Shown here: positions 21,801 to 32,295 of the stretch, one piece after another
Layout of the letters: every line of letters begins with the position of its first letter
How positions within the stretch are numbered: position 1 is the stretch's first letter
DNA from: an uncultured Actinomycetes bacterium
Lineage (GTDB): Bacteria; Actinomycetota; Actinomycetes; Streptosporangiales; Streptosporangiaceae
Direction of reading: 5' to 3'
Length of the DNA: 64,000 nt
Assembly: GCA_963808315.1 (NCBI GenBank)
Contig: CAWEFK010000012.1
Span: 16,274-80,273, forward strand
The notes under the pieces: generated by a model
The model's database searches: none
Told to the model about the DNA's origin: nothing
What the model saw: the letters and a program-made list of their open reading frames with translations, nothing else
Translations under genes and position numbers: made by a program

Positions 21801-22773
21801 TAATCGTCGCGCAGATCGTGATCTCGGTTGGGCCATAGGCGTTGAACATCCGCCGGCCCCCCGACCAATCAGTTGCCAGCCGATCCGGACAGGCCTCGCC
21901 GCCCACGACCAGGCAATCCAGTCCCGCAACCGAGCTTGCTTGGATGCCTGTTAGCACGCTCGGGATGATCAGGGCATGGCTAATCCGCAGCTCGTCCACG
22001 GTACGCGCGAGAGTGTCGCCGACCAGCGGTCCTGGCTCGGGAATCACCAAGGTGGCCCCGGCAGGCAGCGCCATCAGCACCTCCATCACCGCGGCATCGA
22101 AGCTCGGGGAGGCTAGCTGAAGCACTCGCGATCCCGGCCCGATTCCGAACATGCTGGCCTGCGCACCGGACAAGCTCGCGAGGCCGCGGTGCGTGACCAC
22201 GACGCCCTTCGGCCTGCCGGTGGACCCCGAGGTGTAAATCACGTAGGCGGGGTGCGCGGACAGCAGCGGCGCGTGGCGCTCCGCGTCGGCCAGTGGCCTG
22301 CCGGGCTGCGCGCCGATCTCCGCGGCCGCCATCCGGTCGTCGAGCAGCACGCAGGGCGGGCTGGCCGCGGGCAGGCCCGCACCGGTAGCGGTATCGGATA
22401 GCAGCAGCACCGGCCGGGCGTCAGCCAGCACGAATGAGATCCGGGCCGACGGATAGCCGGGATCGACCGGCAGGTAGGCGGCACCCGTCTTGACGACCGC
22501 CAACGACGCGATCACCATCAGCTCGCTACGGCGCAACGCGATCGCGACCAGGTGGCCGGGGCCGGCGCCGAGTGCGATCAGGTGCCGGGCGAGCTGGTTG
22601 GACTGCTCGTCCAGCTGCCGGTAGGTCAGTTCCCGCTCACCGCAGACCACGGCGACCGCGTCCGGTGTCCGGGCCGCCTGCGCCCCGAACAGGTCAGGCA
22701 GCGTCAGCTCCGGCACCTCCCGCACCGGACCGCTCCACTCCGACAGCACCTGCCGCCGCTCCGCGCCGGACAT
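18667..22773 (-). CDS. NRPS piece 2: A2-T2-C3 and the N-terminal third of A3
   Basis: Track ORF of 1368 aa. It reads coherently from [13 protein letters not shown] to [28 protein letters not shown], then goes out of frame from about 18955 downward. Confidence 0.9.
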   Translation of the reverse strand: MSGAERRQVLSEWSGPVREVPELTLPDLFGAQAARTPDAVAVVCGERELTYRQLDEQSNQLARHLIALGAGPGHLVAIALRRSELMVIASLAVVKTGAAYLPVDPGYPSARISFVLADARPVLLLSDTATGAGLPAASPPCVLLDDRMAAAEIGAQPGRPLADAERHAPLLSAHPAYVIYTSGSTGRPKGVVVTHRGLASLSGAQASMFGIGPGSRVLQLASPSFDAAVMEVLMALPAGATLVIPEPGPLVGDTLARTVDELRISHALIIPSVLTGIQASSVAGLDCLVVGGEACPDRLATDWSGGRRMFNAYGPTEITICATISGPLSGHGVVPIGRPIANTRVFVLDEGLGLVPPGVAGELYVAGAGLARGYLGRPGLTGERFVACPFGGAGERMYRTGDVARWNRRGELEYLGRADDQVKVRGFRIELGEVEAVLAAQPGVAGAAVVVREDRPGDQRLAGYVVPVAGGQLDGAGLRAGVGRVLPEYMVPAVVVVLDALPLTVNGKLDRRALPAPEFGAGRGGVAPSSPREEVLCGLFAEVLGVAGVGAQDSFFDLGGHSLLAMRLVSKVASVLGVQVGIGDVFAHPTVAGLAAAVEGTGVALPSLPSLVATVRPERLPLSFAQQRLWFITALHGPSTTYNVPFAWRLRGRVDADAMRAALADVAGRHESLRTVFPVAGGEPYQHVVDAGAAVPELTVVRADRAGLPGLMERAAGHIFDLARELPVRGWLFTVDDEEHVLVLLMHHIASDGWSMGILVRDLAEAFGARLAGQAPGWADLPVQYADYTMWQRALLGGDQETDGILSSQVGYWRQALDGLPEELALPLDRPRPAVPSYRGDAVGVRLEPGLHARLLGVARDHGATLFMVLQAGLAALLSRLGAGTDIPLGSVAAGRSDEALDDLVGFFVNTLVLRTDVSGDPSFAQLLARVRETDLAAYANQDVPFERLVEVLNPARSASRHPLFQVMIASDDTGSEHWQAGGVLAQAEPVMLQVAKFDITVGYTQRDDDDGRPAGIDLTLEYATDLFDRDTIQDLVGRLVGLLRQVAADPGRPVSALTVMSGAERRQVLSEWSGPVREVPELTLPDLFGAQAARTPDAVAVVCGERELTYRQLDEQSNQLARHLIALGAGPGHLVAIAMDRSADLVAALLAILKTGAAYLPVDATSPPDRIDYILTDAEAGYALTTIRYAGLCRAAAATVVLDDARSREKIARYPGAGLSDADRHMPLSPGHPAYVIYTSGSTGKPKGVVIEHASLVNYLAWCVAEHPQLRRPGPAAHPGLLRRGGSGALRAAADRRVRVHGSGQRRAAACAGLRRLSPSSTSRPAICRCSPRLSCGALQRGSSCSAGRRCEARMCRAGGWATQDSR
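19246..21788 (-). repeat. NRPS module-scale repeat, copy B (2543 bp)
   Basis: See copy A. It covers the A-domain part after NxYGPTE (from [17 protein letters not shown]), the T domain, the C domain, and the next A domain up to [11 protein letters not shown]. Confidence 0.95.
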
Positions 22774-22840
22774 GACCGTCAGGGCGCTGACCGGCCTGGC
22801 CCGGATCCGCCGCCACCTGGCGCAGCAAACCTACGAGCCG
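22538..22840 (-). repeat. Third, partial copy of the same repeat (C-A linker plus A1 motif region)
   Basis: Matches 16163..16464 and 19358..19659 nearly perfectly except for an inserted T at 22797. It encodes [14 protein letters not shown] / [79 protein letters not shown]. Confidence 0.9.
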
Positions 22841-25800
22841 CTGGCTCATGATCTCGGCTGTCAGCGGGTCGAACAGGTCAGCGGCGTACTCGAGAGAGCC
22901 TCGCATCCCCGCCGGGGCGCCGTCGGCTGTCAACTCCTCCCGGAAAATGAAAGAAAGGTCGAACTTCGCGGTCGCCGCATCGGTGCGCAACGCGGTCACG
23001 GGCACGTCGGGCAGCTCCAGCCTGGCATCCATGCCGCTTTCCAGATTCAGCACGACCTGGAACAGCGGACTGGAAGACCCAGTCCGAGCGGGGTTGACGA
23101 TTTCCACGACCTGCTCGAACGGCACGTCCTGGTGCGCGAATGCCGCCAGATCGGCCTCGCGTACCTGAGCGAGCAGTGCGCTGAAGGCCGGGTCATCCGC
23201 CACTTCAACCCGCAGGACCAGCGTGTTGACGAAGAACCCGATCAGGTCATCCAGCGCCTGATCACCCCGGCCAGCGACCGGTACGCCGACCGGGATATCG
23301 GCACCAGCCCCCAGCTTGAACAGCAGCACGGTCAGCGCGGCGTGCAGCACCATGAACACTGTCGTGCCGGAACCCCTGGCCAGCGCCTGCAGCTGACCGT
23401 GGAGCCCGGCATCCACCTCTATCCCGGCAACTCCACCGCGGTAGCTGGGCACCGCGGGCCGTGGCCGGTCCGCCGGCAGCGATATCTGGTCGGGAAGACC
23501 CGCCAACGCGGCCCGCCAGAATTCCGCATGACCCGCCAGTACCCCGCTCGCTGACAGCTCCCGCTGCCACAGCGTGTAATCGGCGTACTGCAGCGGCAGC
23601 GCTGGCCATGACGGCGGGACGCCGGCGCACCGTGCGGTGTACGCACCCGACAGGTCGCGAAGCAGCGGCCCCATCGACCACTCGTCCATCGCGACGTGGT
23701 GCAGCAGTACCACCAGGACATGGTCCTCGGCAGTAAGTTCGAACAGCCAGGCCCGCACCGGCAGCTCCGCCGAGAGGTCGAAGAGATAACGAGATGCGGC
23801 GGAGACAGACGCGGCCAGCTCATCTTCGGTGACCGCGGTTACATCAAGCACCGGGCACGCCGCCGGGCCGTCGAGGATCAGCTGGAAAGGATCCCCGTCG
23901 GCATCGGGGAAAACGGTGCGCAAGCTCTCGTGGCGGCTGGCCACATCGGCCAGCGCTAGCCTCAGCGCCTCGCTGTCCACCGGACCCGACAGCCGCCACG
24001 CCAGCGGAATGTTGTAGGTGGTGCTCGGTCCTTCGAACTGGTGCAGGAACCAAAGCCTGCTCTGGGCATACGACAATGGCAGCGGGTCTGGCCTGAGCAC
24101 TGGCGCCAGCACCGACCGCGGCGCCGCCACGGCGCTAGCTAGCAGCCCGTCCAGCCCGGCGACGGTCGGGGCGGTAAACACAGCCCGGATATCCGTCTCA
24201 CTGCCGAGCACCGAGCGGATCCGGCTGACCAGCTGCATGGCCAGCAGCGAGTTGCCGCCAAGGTCGAAGAAGCTGTCGTCGATCCCGGCTTCTGGAACGC
24301 CAAGTACCTCGGCGAACAGCCCGCACAACACCTCCTCCTGAGGCGACCGCGGCCTCCGGCCCGACACCATGGCACCATAGTCGGGAGCGGGCAGGGCGCT
24401 CCTGTCCAGTTTTCCGCTGGGAGACAACGGGAATGATGCCACCGGCATGAAGATCGGCGGCACCATGTAATCGGGTACCCTCGCCGCCACATATGCCCGG
24501 AGTTCTCTTAGGTCAAAGGTCGTGTCAGACAGTACGACGTAAGCAGCCAGCCGCTTGTCACCTGGCCGGTCTTCCCTGACCACCACCACCGCGCGATCCA
24601 CCAGCGGGTGACGCGCCAGCACCGCCTCGATCTCTCCCAGCTCGATGCGGAACCCCCGCACCTTCACCTGAGCGTCAACCCGTCCCAGGAACTCCACGGT
24701 GCCATCGCGCCAGTACCGCGCCATGTCACCCGTCCGGTACCACCGCAGCCCGCCGTGCGTGACGAACCTCTCCGCGGTAAGTGCCCGGTTCCCCCGGTAG
24801 CCCTCGGCGACTCCGGCACCGCCGATCCAGAGCTCGCCAGCGGTAAGGTCCGGGCAATCGTGACCTGATCCATCGACGACACGGAAGTACTGATTCGCCA
24901 GCGGCCGCCCGTATGGCACAGAACGCCATTCCGGCGGAACGTCCTTCACTTCCTGGAGGTTCGACCAGATCGATGCTTCCGTCGCACCGCCGAGCGCCGC
25001 GAAGCGGGCGCCCGGATTCAGCCTAGCCAGGCGAGGAGGCAGGTCAAGGCCGACCCAGTCGCCAGACGCGAGCACGAATCGCAGGCTGGCGAGTCGGCTC
25101 TCACCTTCCGCGGCCGTGAGAAGCATCTCGAAGAGCGCTGGCACCGAGTTCCATACGGTGACGCCTTGCTCTTCGATGAGATTCAGCCACTGCCGAGGAT
25201 CCCGCCGGTTAACCTCGCCGATAAGCACCACCGCGCCACCAGCGGTAAGCAAGCCGAACATGTCATACACAGACAAGTCGAAATCAATGGACGATAGTGC
25301 GAGAACCCGGTCACCGGCAGTTACGTCAAACCTGCTGTTGATCTCCGCGATGGTGTTCATCGCCGCGCCGTGAGTGATTTCGACACCCTTTGGTTCTCCG
25401 GTGGAACCGGAGGTGAAAATCACGTACGCCAGCTCGTCTGACCGGACCTGAGCCGGCTCGGGCAGTTCCTGGGCGGCCAGCGCGGCTGGAACAGTGGCCA
25501 CCGTGAACTCCGCTGCCCAGCCTTCCTGAGTCTCCGCCAGCGCGACTCGGGCACCGGAGAGCCGCGTCATCAGGGCGCGACGCGACTCCGGCTGGTCCAC
25601 CGAGATAGGCACGTACACGGCACCGCAGGCCAGTACGCCCAGGATGGCCATGACCTGTTCAATCCCTCTGGGCAGTGACACCACTACCGCGTCGCCGCGC
25701 CGGACTCCTGCCTCCCGGAGGTAGCCCGCTATCCGCAAGGCACCGGAAGCGAGCTCCCCGTAGGTTACCCGGCGATCCTGGCCGTAGACCGCGGCCAGGC

Positions 25801-26692
25801 GTGACGGGCAGGCGGCAGCATGACGGAAGAAGCCGCCGTGGAGCACATCAGCAGAGCTCGCCGCGGTCCCCGCGCCGGCCGTGCGCCACTCGGCGATCCG
25901 CTCCTTCTCATGCGTCAGCAAAATGTCGATCCCGGAAACGCGCAGGCACGGGTCGCCGGCCACCGACTCAAGCAGCCGGACCAGCCGGACGGCCATGGCC
26001 TGGACCGTTTCCCGGTCGAACAAGTCGCGGGCGAAGTCCAGCGAGCCAGCGATCCCGCCCGGCCGGCCATCGCTCCCGGACCGCTCCGCCAGGATGAAAG
26101 CCAGATCGGACCTGGCCACCCCCTCAGCGGCCGGGCCGCCCCGGACGTCCAGGCCTGACGGCGCGGCTCCGGCCGTCAGCATCACCTGGAACAGCGGGTG
26201 GCGCGATGCTGAGCGGGCCGGGTTGAGCACTTCCACCAGCCGTTCGAACGGCACGTCCTGGTTAGCGTAGGCAGCCAGGTCAGTTTCCCTGACCCGGGCC
26301 AGCAGCTGCTCAAAACTGGGATCACCTGACACGTCGGTCCGCAGCACCAGCATGTTCACGAACCCAGACCGCCCCGCCGTCACCGTTCCTAGCGGAATGT
26401 CCGTCCCGGCCCCCATGCGACACAGCAGCGCGGCGAGACCGGCCTGCAGCACCATGAACAAGGTCGCGTCATGTTCGCGGGCGACGTCGAGCAGCCGGAC
26501 GTGGAGTCCCGGCTCCAGTCGCAGATTGACCGCCTTCCCCCGGTCACTGGCGACGGCCGGCCGTGGCCGGTCCGCCGGGAGGGCCAGCTCGTCCGGCAGG
26601 GCGGCTAGGGTCTGCCGCCAGTGATCAAGCTGCGCCTCCTCCCGCGACGAAGACGGCTCCATGCCATCGTGTCCGGCACTGAACTGACCCAT
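22694..26692 (-). CDS. NRPS piece 1: C-terminal lobe of a C domain (no HHxxxDG), A1, T1, C2
   Basis: Starts [10 protein letters not shown] with GGGAG upstream. Approximate domain spans: remnant C lobe 25915-26692, A1 24383-25840, T1 serine near 24250, and C2 [10 protein letters not shown] near 23701. The last ~30 codons ([13 protein letters not shown]...) are out of frame after 22797. Confidence 0.9.
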   Translation of the reverse strand: MGQFSAGHDGMEPSSSREEAQLDHWRQTLAALPDELALPADRPRPAVASDRGKAVNLRLEPGLHVRLLDVAREHDATLFMVLQAGLAALLCRMGAGTDIPLGTVTAGRSGFVNMLVLRTDVSGDPSFEQLLARVRETDLAAYANQDVPFERLVEVLNPARSASRHPLFQVMLTAGAAPSGLDVRGGPAAEGVARSDLAFILAERSGSDGRPGGIAGSLDFARDLFDRETVQAMAVRLVRLLESVAGDPCLRVSGIDILLTHEKERIAEWRTAGAGTAASSADVLHGGFFRHAAACPSRLAAVYGQDRRVTYGELASGALRIAGYLREAGVRRGDAVVVSLPRGIEQVMAILGVLACGAVYVPISVDQPESRRALMTRLSGARVALAETQEGWAAEFTVATVPAALAAQELPEPAQVRSDELAYVIFTSGSTGEPKGVEITHGAAMNTIAEINSRFDVTAGDRVLALSSIDFDLSVYDMFGLLTAGGAVVLIGEVNRRDPRQWLNLIEEQGVTVWNSVPALFEMLLTAAEGESRLASLRFVLASGDWVGLDLPPRLARLNPGARFAALGGATEASIWSNLQEVKDVPPEWRSVPYGRPLANQYFRVVDGSGHDCPDLTAGELWIGGAGVAEGYRGNRALTAERFVTHGGLRWYRTGDMARYWRDGTVEFLGRVDAQVKVRGFRIELGEIEAVLARHPLVDRAVVVVREDRPGDKRLAAYVVLSDTTFDLRELRAYVAARVPDYMVPPIFMPVASFPLSPSGKLDRSALPAPDYGAMVSGRRPRSPQEEVLCGLFAEVLGVPEAGIDDSFFDLGGNSLLAMQLVSRIRSVLGSETDIRAVFTAPTVAGLDGLLASAVAAPRSVLAPVLRPDPLPLSYAQSRLWFLHQFEGPSTTYNIPLAWRLSGPVDSEALRLALADVASRHESLRTVFPDADGDPFQLILDGPAACPVLDVTAVTEDELAASVSAASRYLFDLSAELPVRAWLFELTAEDHVLVVLLHHVAMDEWSMGPLLRDLSGAYTARCAGVPPSWPALPLQYADYTLWQRELSASGVLAGHAEFWRAALAGLPDQISLPADRPRPAVPSYRGGVAGIEVDAGLHGQLQALARGSGTTVFMVLHAALTVLLFKLGAGADIPVGVPVAGRGDQALDDLIGFFVNTLVLRVEVADDPAFSALLAQVREADLAAFAHQDVPFEQVVEIVNPARTGSSSPLFQVVLNLESGMDARLELPDVPVTALRTDAATAKFDLSFIFREELTADGAPAGMRGSLEYAADLFDPLTAEIMSQRLVGLLRQVAADPGQAGQRPDGHVRRGAAAGAVGVERSGAGGAGADAA
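26181..26362 (-). repeat. Fourth, short copy (C-domain C-lobe segment) inside the truncated N-terminal C remnant
   Basis: 182 bp, about 97% identical by eye to 16676..16857 and 19871..20052 (ATCACCTGGAACAGCGGGTGGCGCGATGCTGA...). Confidence 0.85.
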
Positions 26693-26751
26693 TTCGCTAC
26701 TCCCATTATTCCGGCGTGGCTAGCGCATGCAGGCAGCTAAGAATGAGCGAG

Positions 26752-28125
26752 CTAAAGCTTCCGCCACTCCCCGTCGGGATCCTGCACCCCGCCCGAGAGG
26801 ATGCGGGAGTACGCCGACACCCAGCCGGTCACGGTAGCCAGGTCGAAATCATCGAGATTGAACCGTATGGTGCCGGTCAGCACACCAGAGGACAGCAAAT
26901 CCATGTCCCAGGTGGAACCGTTGGCGAGGTCCACGCTCTCGGCCTCATGCTCCACGATCTCGCCGCGCACCTCGTACGCGCCATCGCCTAGTTCAATTTC
27001 CGAGTCACCAACCCGTGGCTGAGGCATCGAGAAGACTGTCTTACACCGCATTGGGTCAGCCAGCGGCGCCATGAGATTTGGGGCCTCTTGTTCGATGAGC
27101 ATCGTCGGGATCTCATGAGAATATGCGTCAAGACAGGTCCGGCGAGTACGCGTTAGTACATCCCGGAAGGTGACGCAATCGTCGAAGGTGGTCCGCAGCG
27201 GGAGCGGGCTCGCTATCGCCCCGACAAGATTGTGAGTCCTCGGATCGGTTCGGCCGGCGTAGAAAGTGTTGACGACAGGATCGGTCGTTCCGCTGATCTT
27301 GTGGGTCAGCACATTGAAGGTCGCAAGCAAGACCATGAATAGAGAGGACCGGGTAGCCGTGGAGAGCCCGGTGATCTCCGCCGTCACCCCGGCGTCGATA
27401 GTAAAGTAGTACGCGGAGTAGGACCGGGAATGCGGTCCGGAAAACGGATGATCGGACGGCAACGTGAATATTTGCCCCCCGCTCAGCTTCTCCCTCCAGT
27501 ACTTCCGCGCGACATCTGCGTCCTGACCCGCGCTGCGCGCTTGCTCCCAAGCTACGAGTTCCCGGTACTGCGGCGCGTCCGGCAAGTCCACCCGGGACCC
27601 GGTGGTCCGCGCCTTGTAGAAGGCTGCCAGGTCGCGCATGATGATCTCCATGGACCACCCGTCCGCGGCCGAGTGGTGACTGCTCACGACGAGCACAGAA
27701 TCCTGGTCATCGAAACGGTGCAGCTCCGCTCGCAGGAGCGGGAGGGCACGGACGTCCATGCCGTGTCGCGCCACGCCGACAATGATCTCCTGGGCACGTA
27801 CGTCGCGCGATTTCCCGCCGACCTGCGGCAGCTCGTGGACCTCAAGCGCGGCCGGAGCGGGCGGGAACACTTCCTGGTACCTGGGCCGGGCATCCCGCAC
27901 CACGATGGTCCGGAGGATCTCATGCCGCCGAACCACATCGTCCAGGGCGCCGCGAAGGGCCGCGACGTGCACCTGCCCGGAAATGCGCACCGCCATTTCC
28001 GACGTGAATAGCCGCCCGAACCGCCCGTCCCGATCACCCGCAATCCCAGCGCAGAACCACTCCTGGGTACCGGACAGCGGAAACCGGTTCGAAGCTGTCA
28101 GCGGAGCGTCAGGAAGTTCGGTCAT
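26752..28125 (-). CDS. Stand-alone NRPS condensation-domain protein
   Basis: 457 aa with SHHSAADGWSMEIIMRDL (HHxxxDG) and C-domain-like length and order. Its stop lies 59 nt upstream of the NRPS start. GC is visibly lower than in the NRPS. Confidence 0.85.
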   Translation of the reverse strand: MTELPDAPLTASNRFPLSGTQEWFCAGIAGDRDGRFGRLFTSEMAVRISGQVHVAALRGALDDVVRRHEILRTIVVRDARPRYQEVFPPAPAALEVHELPQVGGKSRDVRAQEIIVGVARHGMDVRALPLLRAELHRFDDQDSVLVVSSHHSAADGWSMEIIMRDLAAFYKARTTGSRVDLPDAPQYRELVAWEQARSAGQDADVARKYWREKLSGGQIFTLPSDHPFSGPHSRSYSAYYFTIDAGVTAEITGLSTATRSSLFMVLLATFNVLTHKISGTTDPVVNTFYAGRTDPRTHNLVGAIASPLPLRTTFDDCVTFRDVLTRTRRTCLDAYSHEIPTMLIEQEAPNLMAPLADPMRCKTVFSMPQPRVGDSEIELGDGAYEVRGEIVEHEAESVDLANGSTWDMDLLSSGVLTGTIRFNLDDFDLATVTGWVSAYSRILSGGVQDPDGEWRKL

Positions 28126-28154
28126 CGGAAATCAACCTTTCGTCTCGAGAATCG

Positions 28155-29447
28155 TCACAAGTTCTCCCTCAGCGTCGTCAGTTCGCTCGCGACGATCGCA
28201 TTCTCTGGCACGTCCGGATTCGCCGCGACTGGCCTCGTCCGCTCACCCCACCGGACCACCGCGGGCGCGGCCAGGCCAAGCAGCAAGAACAAAGCGCCCA
28301 AGCCGATCCAGCCGATGCGTCCGAGGCTAAGCACCACACCGATCATCAGTACAGATGACGACGCCCCGCCGATAAAAAGGCCGATCCCGGCTAGGCCCTG
28401 ATATTCGCCCTGTGCATGTTCCGGGGCCAGGCCGAAGCCAACCACAAATGAGCCAGCGCTATAGTAGAGCTCGCCTATCGTGTGGATGATCACGGCGCCG
28501 ACAAGAAGCAGTATAGTGATCCACTCCGGAATGCCTGTCGCTAGGCCGATAATAGCGCAGCTGACTAGGAAGATTATGCCGGACCGGCGTAGCGCGGCCC
28601 CACCTCGCCGTATGGTGTCGACGTTTCGTCCGACACGAACCTGGCCTAGAATTACGACTATCGTGCTAAGAATCAGCAAGGCAGGTATAATCCATCTCGG
28701 CGCATCGGTGTGGTCGGCTACCCATAGCGGCAAGGGCCGCACGATGACCCAGTACTGCATGGACATCAAGCCAGCGAGTACCGCATAAACAACGAATGGC
28801 TTATCTGCCAGTGCGATCCGTCGCCCGCCGTGTCCCTCAGGCTTGGGCAGCGGGTCATAGTGGGGCAGTCGCAAAAGGACCGCCCAGGCGCCGACAAATG
28901 TCAGCGCATTAATGATGATAAGCGACCGGTACGCCAGACCTGTGCCGATAGCCACCGCTATCCCGCACCCTACGGCGCCCACCGAGACGCCGAGATTGCC
29001 GATCGCCTGCATGATATTAGGCACGGAGGCGTCTCCATCGCTAATCCGCCGCATCAACGCTCCGTCCGCTGCTACGTACGAATTGATGCAGAGCATCTCC
29101 AGCGAGGCAACGATCAGGAAAGGTACGAAGCCATGGACGAATATGTAGCAGAACGTGACTCCACCCTGGATAAGCAATGTCAGCCTAGCCACTTCGCCTG
29201 GGCCGCGCCGGTCCGCGAGGCGCCCGATAGGGATGCCACCCAGTATTCCTACGATGGCGGCCAGTGTCATACCGATGCCGAGTTGTTCTGTCGATAGATG
29301 TGCGACACGAGTAAAGTAGAGCGTCATGGCGGTTACGACTAGACCTAGGCCGGTCGTGTTGATAAGCGTTGCCAGCCCGAAGACGCGCTGCGGGCCCGGC
29401 TTGGGAATCAGCGCCTCCCGCATCTTCAGCGAATCAAATTTCAGCAT
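28155..29447 (-). CDS. MFS transporter
   Basis: Start chosen at ATG 29447 (MLKFDSLKMREAL, AGGGG upstream) within track ORF 28155..29666. It has multiple hydrophobic spans and the GRLADRRGP loop motif. Confidence 0.85.
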   Translation of the reverse strand: MLKFDSLKMREALIPKPGPQRVFGLATLINTTGLGLVVTAMTLYFTRVAHLSTEQLGIGMTLAAIVGILGGIPIGRLADRRGPGEVARLTLLIQGGVTFCYIFVHGFVPFLIVASLEMLCINSYVAADGALMRRISDGDASVPNIMQAIGNLGVSVGAVGCGIAVAIGTGLAYRSLIIINALTFVGAWAVLLRLPHYDPLPKPEGHGGRRIALADKPFVVYAVLAGLMSMQYWVIVRPLPLWVADHTDAPRWIIPALLILSTIVVILGQVRVGRNVDTIRRGGAALRRSGIIFLVSCAIIGLATGIPEWITILLLVGAVIIHTIGELYYSAGSFVVGFGLAPEHAQGEYQGLAGIGLFIGGASSSVLMIGVVLSLGRIGWIGLGALFLLLGLAAPAVVRWGERTRPVAANPDVPENAIVASELTTLRENL

Positions 29448-29884
29448 CAGGACCCCTAACCGTGTCGTGTGGTCGTTAGGCTGCGGCCGAACGGAGGGCA
29501 GCATGACAAGGCCTGCTCCACCCTGGCACGCCGGGCGGCGCTGACACCTCTCCGGAATTGCTGGCGGTATAACACAGTGCGTGTCGAAGAGACAACACAC
29601 AGTCCGCCGTGGTCGGCCGGGAACGGAGTAGCCAGCCCGCGGACACGACCGGTCGGGTAAGTCCATAACCGCTCCTCAGGTCCGCGGCCAGCAACCAGGA
29701 AGAAGACCTCTTTGGCCAGGACGGCTAGCGTAAATGAGGTAGTCGCCGTGCTCATGGGGCAGTTACGGGGGCATCATGCGGCTGCGCACGGGAAGTTCAG
29801 TCGTTTCGACAGTCGCCAGGCCCTGATGACGGCGCCGCCAGGGTCGGCAATGATTTTCCGAACGCCTCCGGAAGGACTGCCTGA

Positions 29885-30445
29885 ATGGATAACGCCCGGT
29901 CGCAACGCGGGATACCAACGGCTCGCAACGTCGATCACTTCGCCTTCACAGTACCGGACCTCGATGAAGCAATCGGCTTCTTTGTCAAGGTACTAGGCGG
30001 AGAGCTCCTTTATCAATTTGGACCGGTACAGGATCCGCAGGGAAATTACATGGCACGGCAGCTTAACGTTGACGCGAAGGCGCGCTGCAGCATTGCCATG
30101 GTCCGCCTCGGGCCGGTCTCTAACATCGAGCTCTTTGAGTATGACGCGCCAGGTCAGCGACGGGAACTGCCTCGCAATAGCGACTGGGGCGGCCACCATC
30201 TGGCGATCTACGTGGACGACCTTGAGGCCGCACTTGAGTACCTGCGAGCGCAGCCGGGTGTCACCATTCTCGGCGAGCCGCAACTTATCAAGGGCGGCCC
30301 GATCGCCGGAAACCGCTGGATTTACTTTCTGACGCCCTGGGGCCTGCAGATGGAGATCATGCATCAGCCGCTAGCAGAGGCGCCGTATGAGCGGGACACA
30401 GCGGCACGGCGCTATGGCCCGGCTCCCGCATGGGACGACCGCTAG
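29885..30445 (+). CDS. VOC-family (glyoxalase/bleomycin-resistance/extradiol-dioxygenase fold) protein
   Basis: VDHFAFTVPDLDEAIGFFVKVLGGE ... GGHHLAIYVDDLEAALEYL. Confidence 0.8.
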   Translation: MDNARSQRGIPTARNVDHFAFTVPDLDEAIGFFVKVLGGELLYQFGPVQDPQGNYMARQLNVDAKARCSIAMVRLGPVSNIELFEYDAPGQRRELPRNSDWGGHHLAIYVDDLEAALEYLRAQPGVTILGEPQLIKGGPIAGNRWIYFLTPWGLQMEIMHQPLAEAPYERDTAARRYGPAPAWDDR

Positions 30446-30606
30446 TCAAGGCGCGGTCTCAGCCGGTCAGCTTCGGCCCGGTCCCGCTAGGTGCTGGCCG
30501 GCAGGTCGGCCCGTTTGGCCTCCGGAGGAGGTGGAAAGCAATCTTAAATGTGTACATTCGGGCACGGTCCCCGTAGCATCCAGGGTTAGCCGAGCTAGGA
30601 GAATAA

Positions 30607-32202
30607 ATGTATGACTATGTCATCGTCGGGGCAGGTTCGGCCGGCTGCGTGCTGGCGGCCCGACTGAGCGAGGACGGGGCAGCATCCGTCTGCCTCATCG
30701 AGGCGGGACCGGCTGACATAAATGAGAGCATCCATATTCCCGTGGCCGGTTCAAGTCTCTTCAGGACCCACCTTGACTGGGATTATGACAGTCACCTTGA
30801 GCCCTTCTGCGATAGCCGTCGTGTCTACCTTCCAAGAGGACGGGTTCTCGGCGGCTCCAGTTCGATTAACGGAATGATCTACACTCGCGGCTGTCCAGCC
30901 GATTATGACGAATGGGCGCAGGCCGGTTGGGATTATCGCGCGATACTGCCTTATTTCCTCAGGTCCGAAGATAACGAGCGTGGAGCCTCGGAATTCCATG
31001 GTACCGGCGGTCCGCTTGCGGTTTCTGACGGACGCGCGCATAGTCCCAGTGCGATGGCGTTCGTAGCCGCTGCAGTCGCGGCCGGCTTCCCGGCTAACGA
31101 TGACTTCAACGGACCAAGGCAAGAGGGATTTGGTAATTTTCAAATAACTCAACGGGCCGGTCGGCGATGCAGCAGCGCGACGGCCTTCCTGCATCCAGCA
31201 ATGGCGCGGCAGAATCTCACCATCGAGACGAACTTGCAGGTTCACCGAGTGCGTCTCGAGCACGGTCGCGCCACAACTGTGATCGGCTCAAGGCTCGACG
31301 AACTGATTGAGATCCGGGCAAGCAGGGAGATTATCCTGGCCGCGGGAGCGTATAACTCACCACAACTGCTGATGCAATCCGGGATTGGGTCGGCGGATTC
31401 GCTGCGGGACCTGAACCTCCAGGTCGAGATAGATAACCCGTGGGTCGGCAGGAACCTCCAGGATCATCCACACACATGGCTGGTTTATGAACATTCCCAG
31501 CCGGTCAGCTTGCTGAGCGCGGGCGAGTATGAATCTGTGCTGCAATATGAGCGCGATCGCAGCGGCCCGATGAGCTCTAACGGCCCAGAATCCGGCGGGT
31601 TCGTCATTAATGATTCGTCGGCGGCTGGACCCGACCTGCAGTTCATCTGCGTGCCGGCGATGCTCGCTGACAACTTCCTTACTCCGGCGACCCACCACGC
31701 GGTCAGCTTCGGCGCCTCGGTGCTCAAGCCGCGCAGCCGAGGGGAGGTGACGCTCGTTTCACCTGAGCCGACCGCCAAACCCAAGATCATGCACAATTTT
31801 TACAGCGATCCGGCGGACATGGAGATAGCCGTCGCCGGTCTTGAGATCGCCCTTGAGATATCGCAGCGGAAGCCGCTGTCGACCTTCGTCAATCGGGCCC
31901 ATGCCGCGCCCGCCTCCGCATCCGCGGATGACCTGCGGGCATTTGCGCGCAGCCATATCCAGACGCAGTTCCATCCAGTGGGGACGTGCGCGATGGGGAT
32001 GGTGGTCGATTCGGAGCTGCGTGTGCTGGGAGTCGAGGGCTTGCGTGTCGTCGACGCCTCGGTAATGCCAACCATCATACGAGGTAATACGAACGCGCCG
32101 ACTGTCGCAATCGCTGAGAAAGGCGCGGACATGATACGCGGTGTCCCACCGCTGCCCGCATGTGACGCCTTGGCGGGCCTGGCCAACTCACGGGAGTCCT
32201 AG
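30607..32202 (+). CDS. GMC-family FAD oxidoreductase (choline-dehydrogenase-like)
   Basis: MYDYVIVGAGSAGCVLAARLSED, GGSSSINGMIY, HPVGTCAMG. AGGAG RBS. Confidence 0.93.
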   Translation: MYDYVIVGAGSAGCVLAARLSEDGAASVCLIEAGPADINESIHIPVAGSSLFRTHLDWDYDSHLEPFCDSRRVYLPRGRVLGGSSSINGMIYTRGCPADYDEWAQAGWDYRAILPYFLRSEDNERGASEFHGTGGPLAVSDGRAHSPSAMAFVAAAVAAGFPANDDFNGPRQEGFGNFQITQRAGRRCSSATAFLHPAMARQNLTIETNLQVHRVRLEHGRATTVIGSRLDELIEIRASREIILAAGAYNSPQLLMQSGIGSADSLRDLNLQVEIDNPWVGRNLQDHPHTWLVYEHSQPVSLLSAGEYESVLQYERDRSGPMSSNGPESGGFVINDSSAAGPDLQFICVPAMLADNFLTPATHHAVSFGASVLKPRSRGEVTLVSPEPTAKPKIMHNFYSDPADMEIAVAGLEIALEISQRKPLSTFVNRAHAAPASASADDLRAFARSHIQTQFHPVGTCAMGMVVDSELRVLGVEGLRVVDASVMPTIIRGNTNAPTVAIAEKGADMIRGVPPLPACDALAGLANSRES

Positions 32203-32295
32203 CCGAGGCCGGAGCCCGGTTTGGTCCTGTTCCAGGACGGCCCGCACTCAGCCCGAAGAGTAATCCACGTCCACATGCATATCAAGGAGGTCACC

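Larger units (their letters stand above)
14552..26692 (-). other. NRPS assembly line (locus-level): truncated C lobe, then A1(Cys code)-T1-C2-A2-T2-C3-A3-T3-C4-A4-T4. No TE, R or E domain. Broken by 5 single-nt frame shifts (about 22797, 18955, 18814-17, 18401, 15880)
   Basis: After frame correction the minus strand reads continuously. There are four A domains (SGSTG.PKG, FD..V, YGPTE or [36 protein letters not shown]), four carrier domains (FFDLGG[HN]SLL), and three full C domains (HH.A.D[GE]WSM). Confidence 0.9.
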
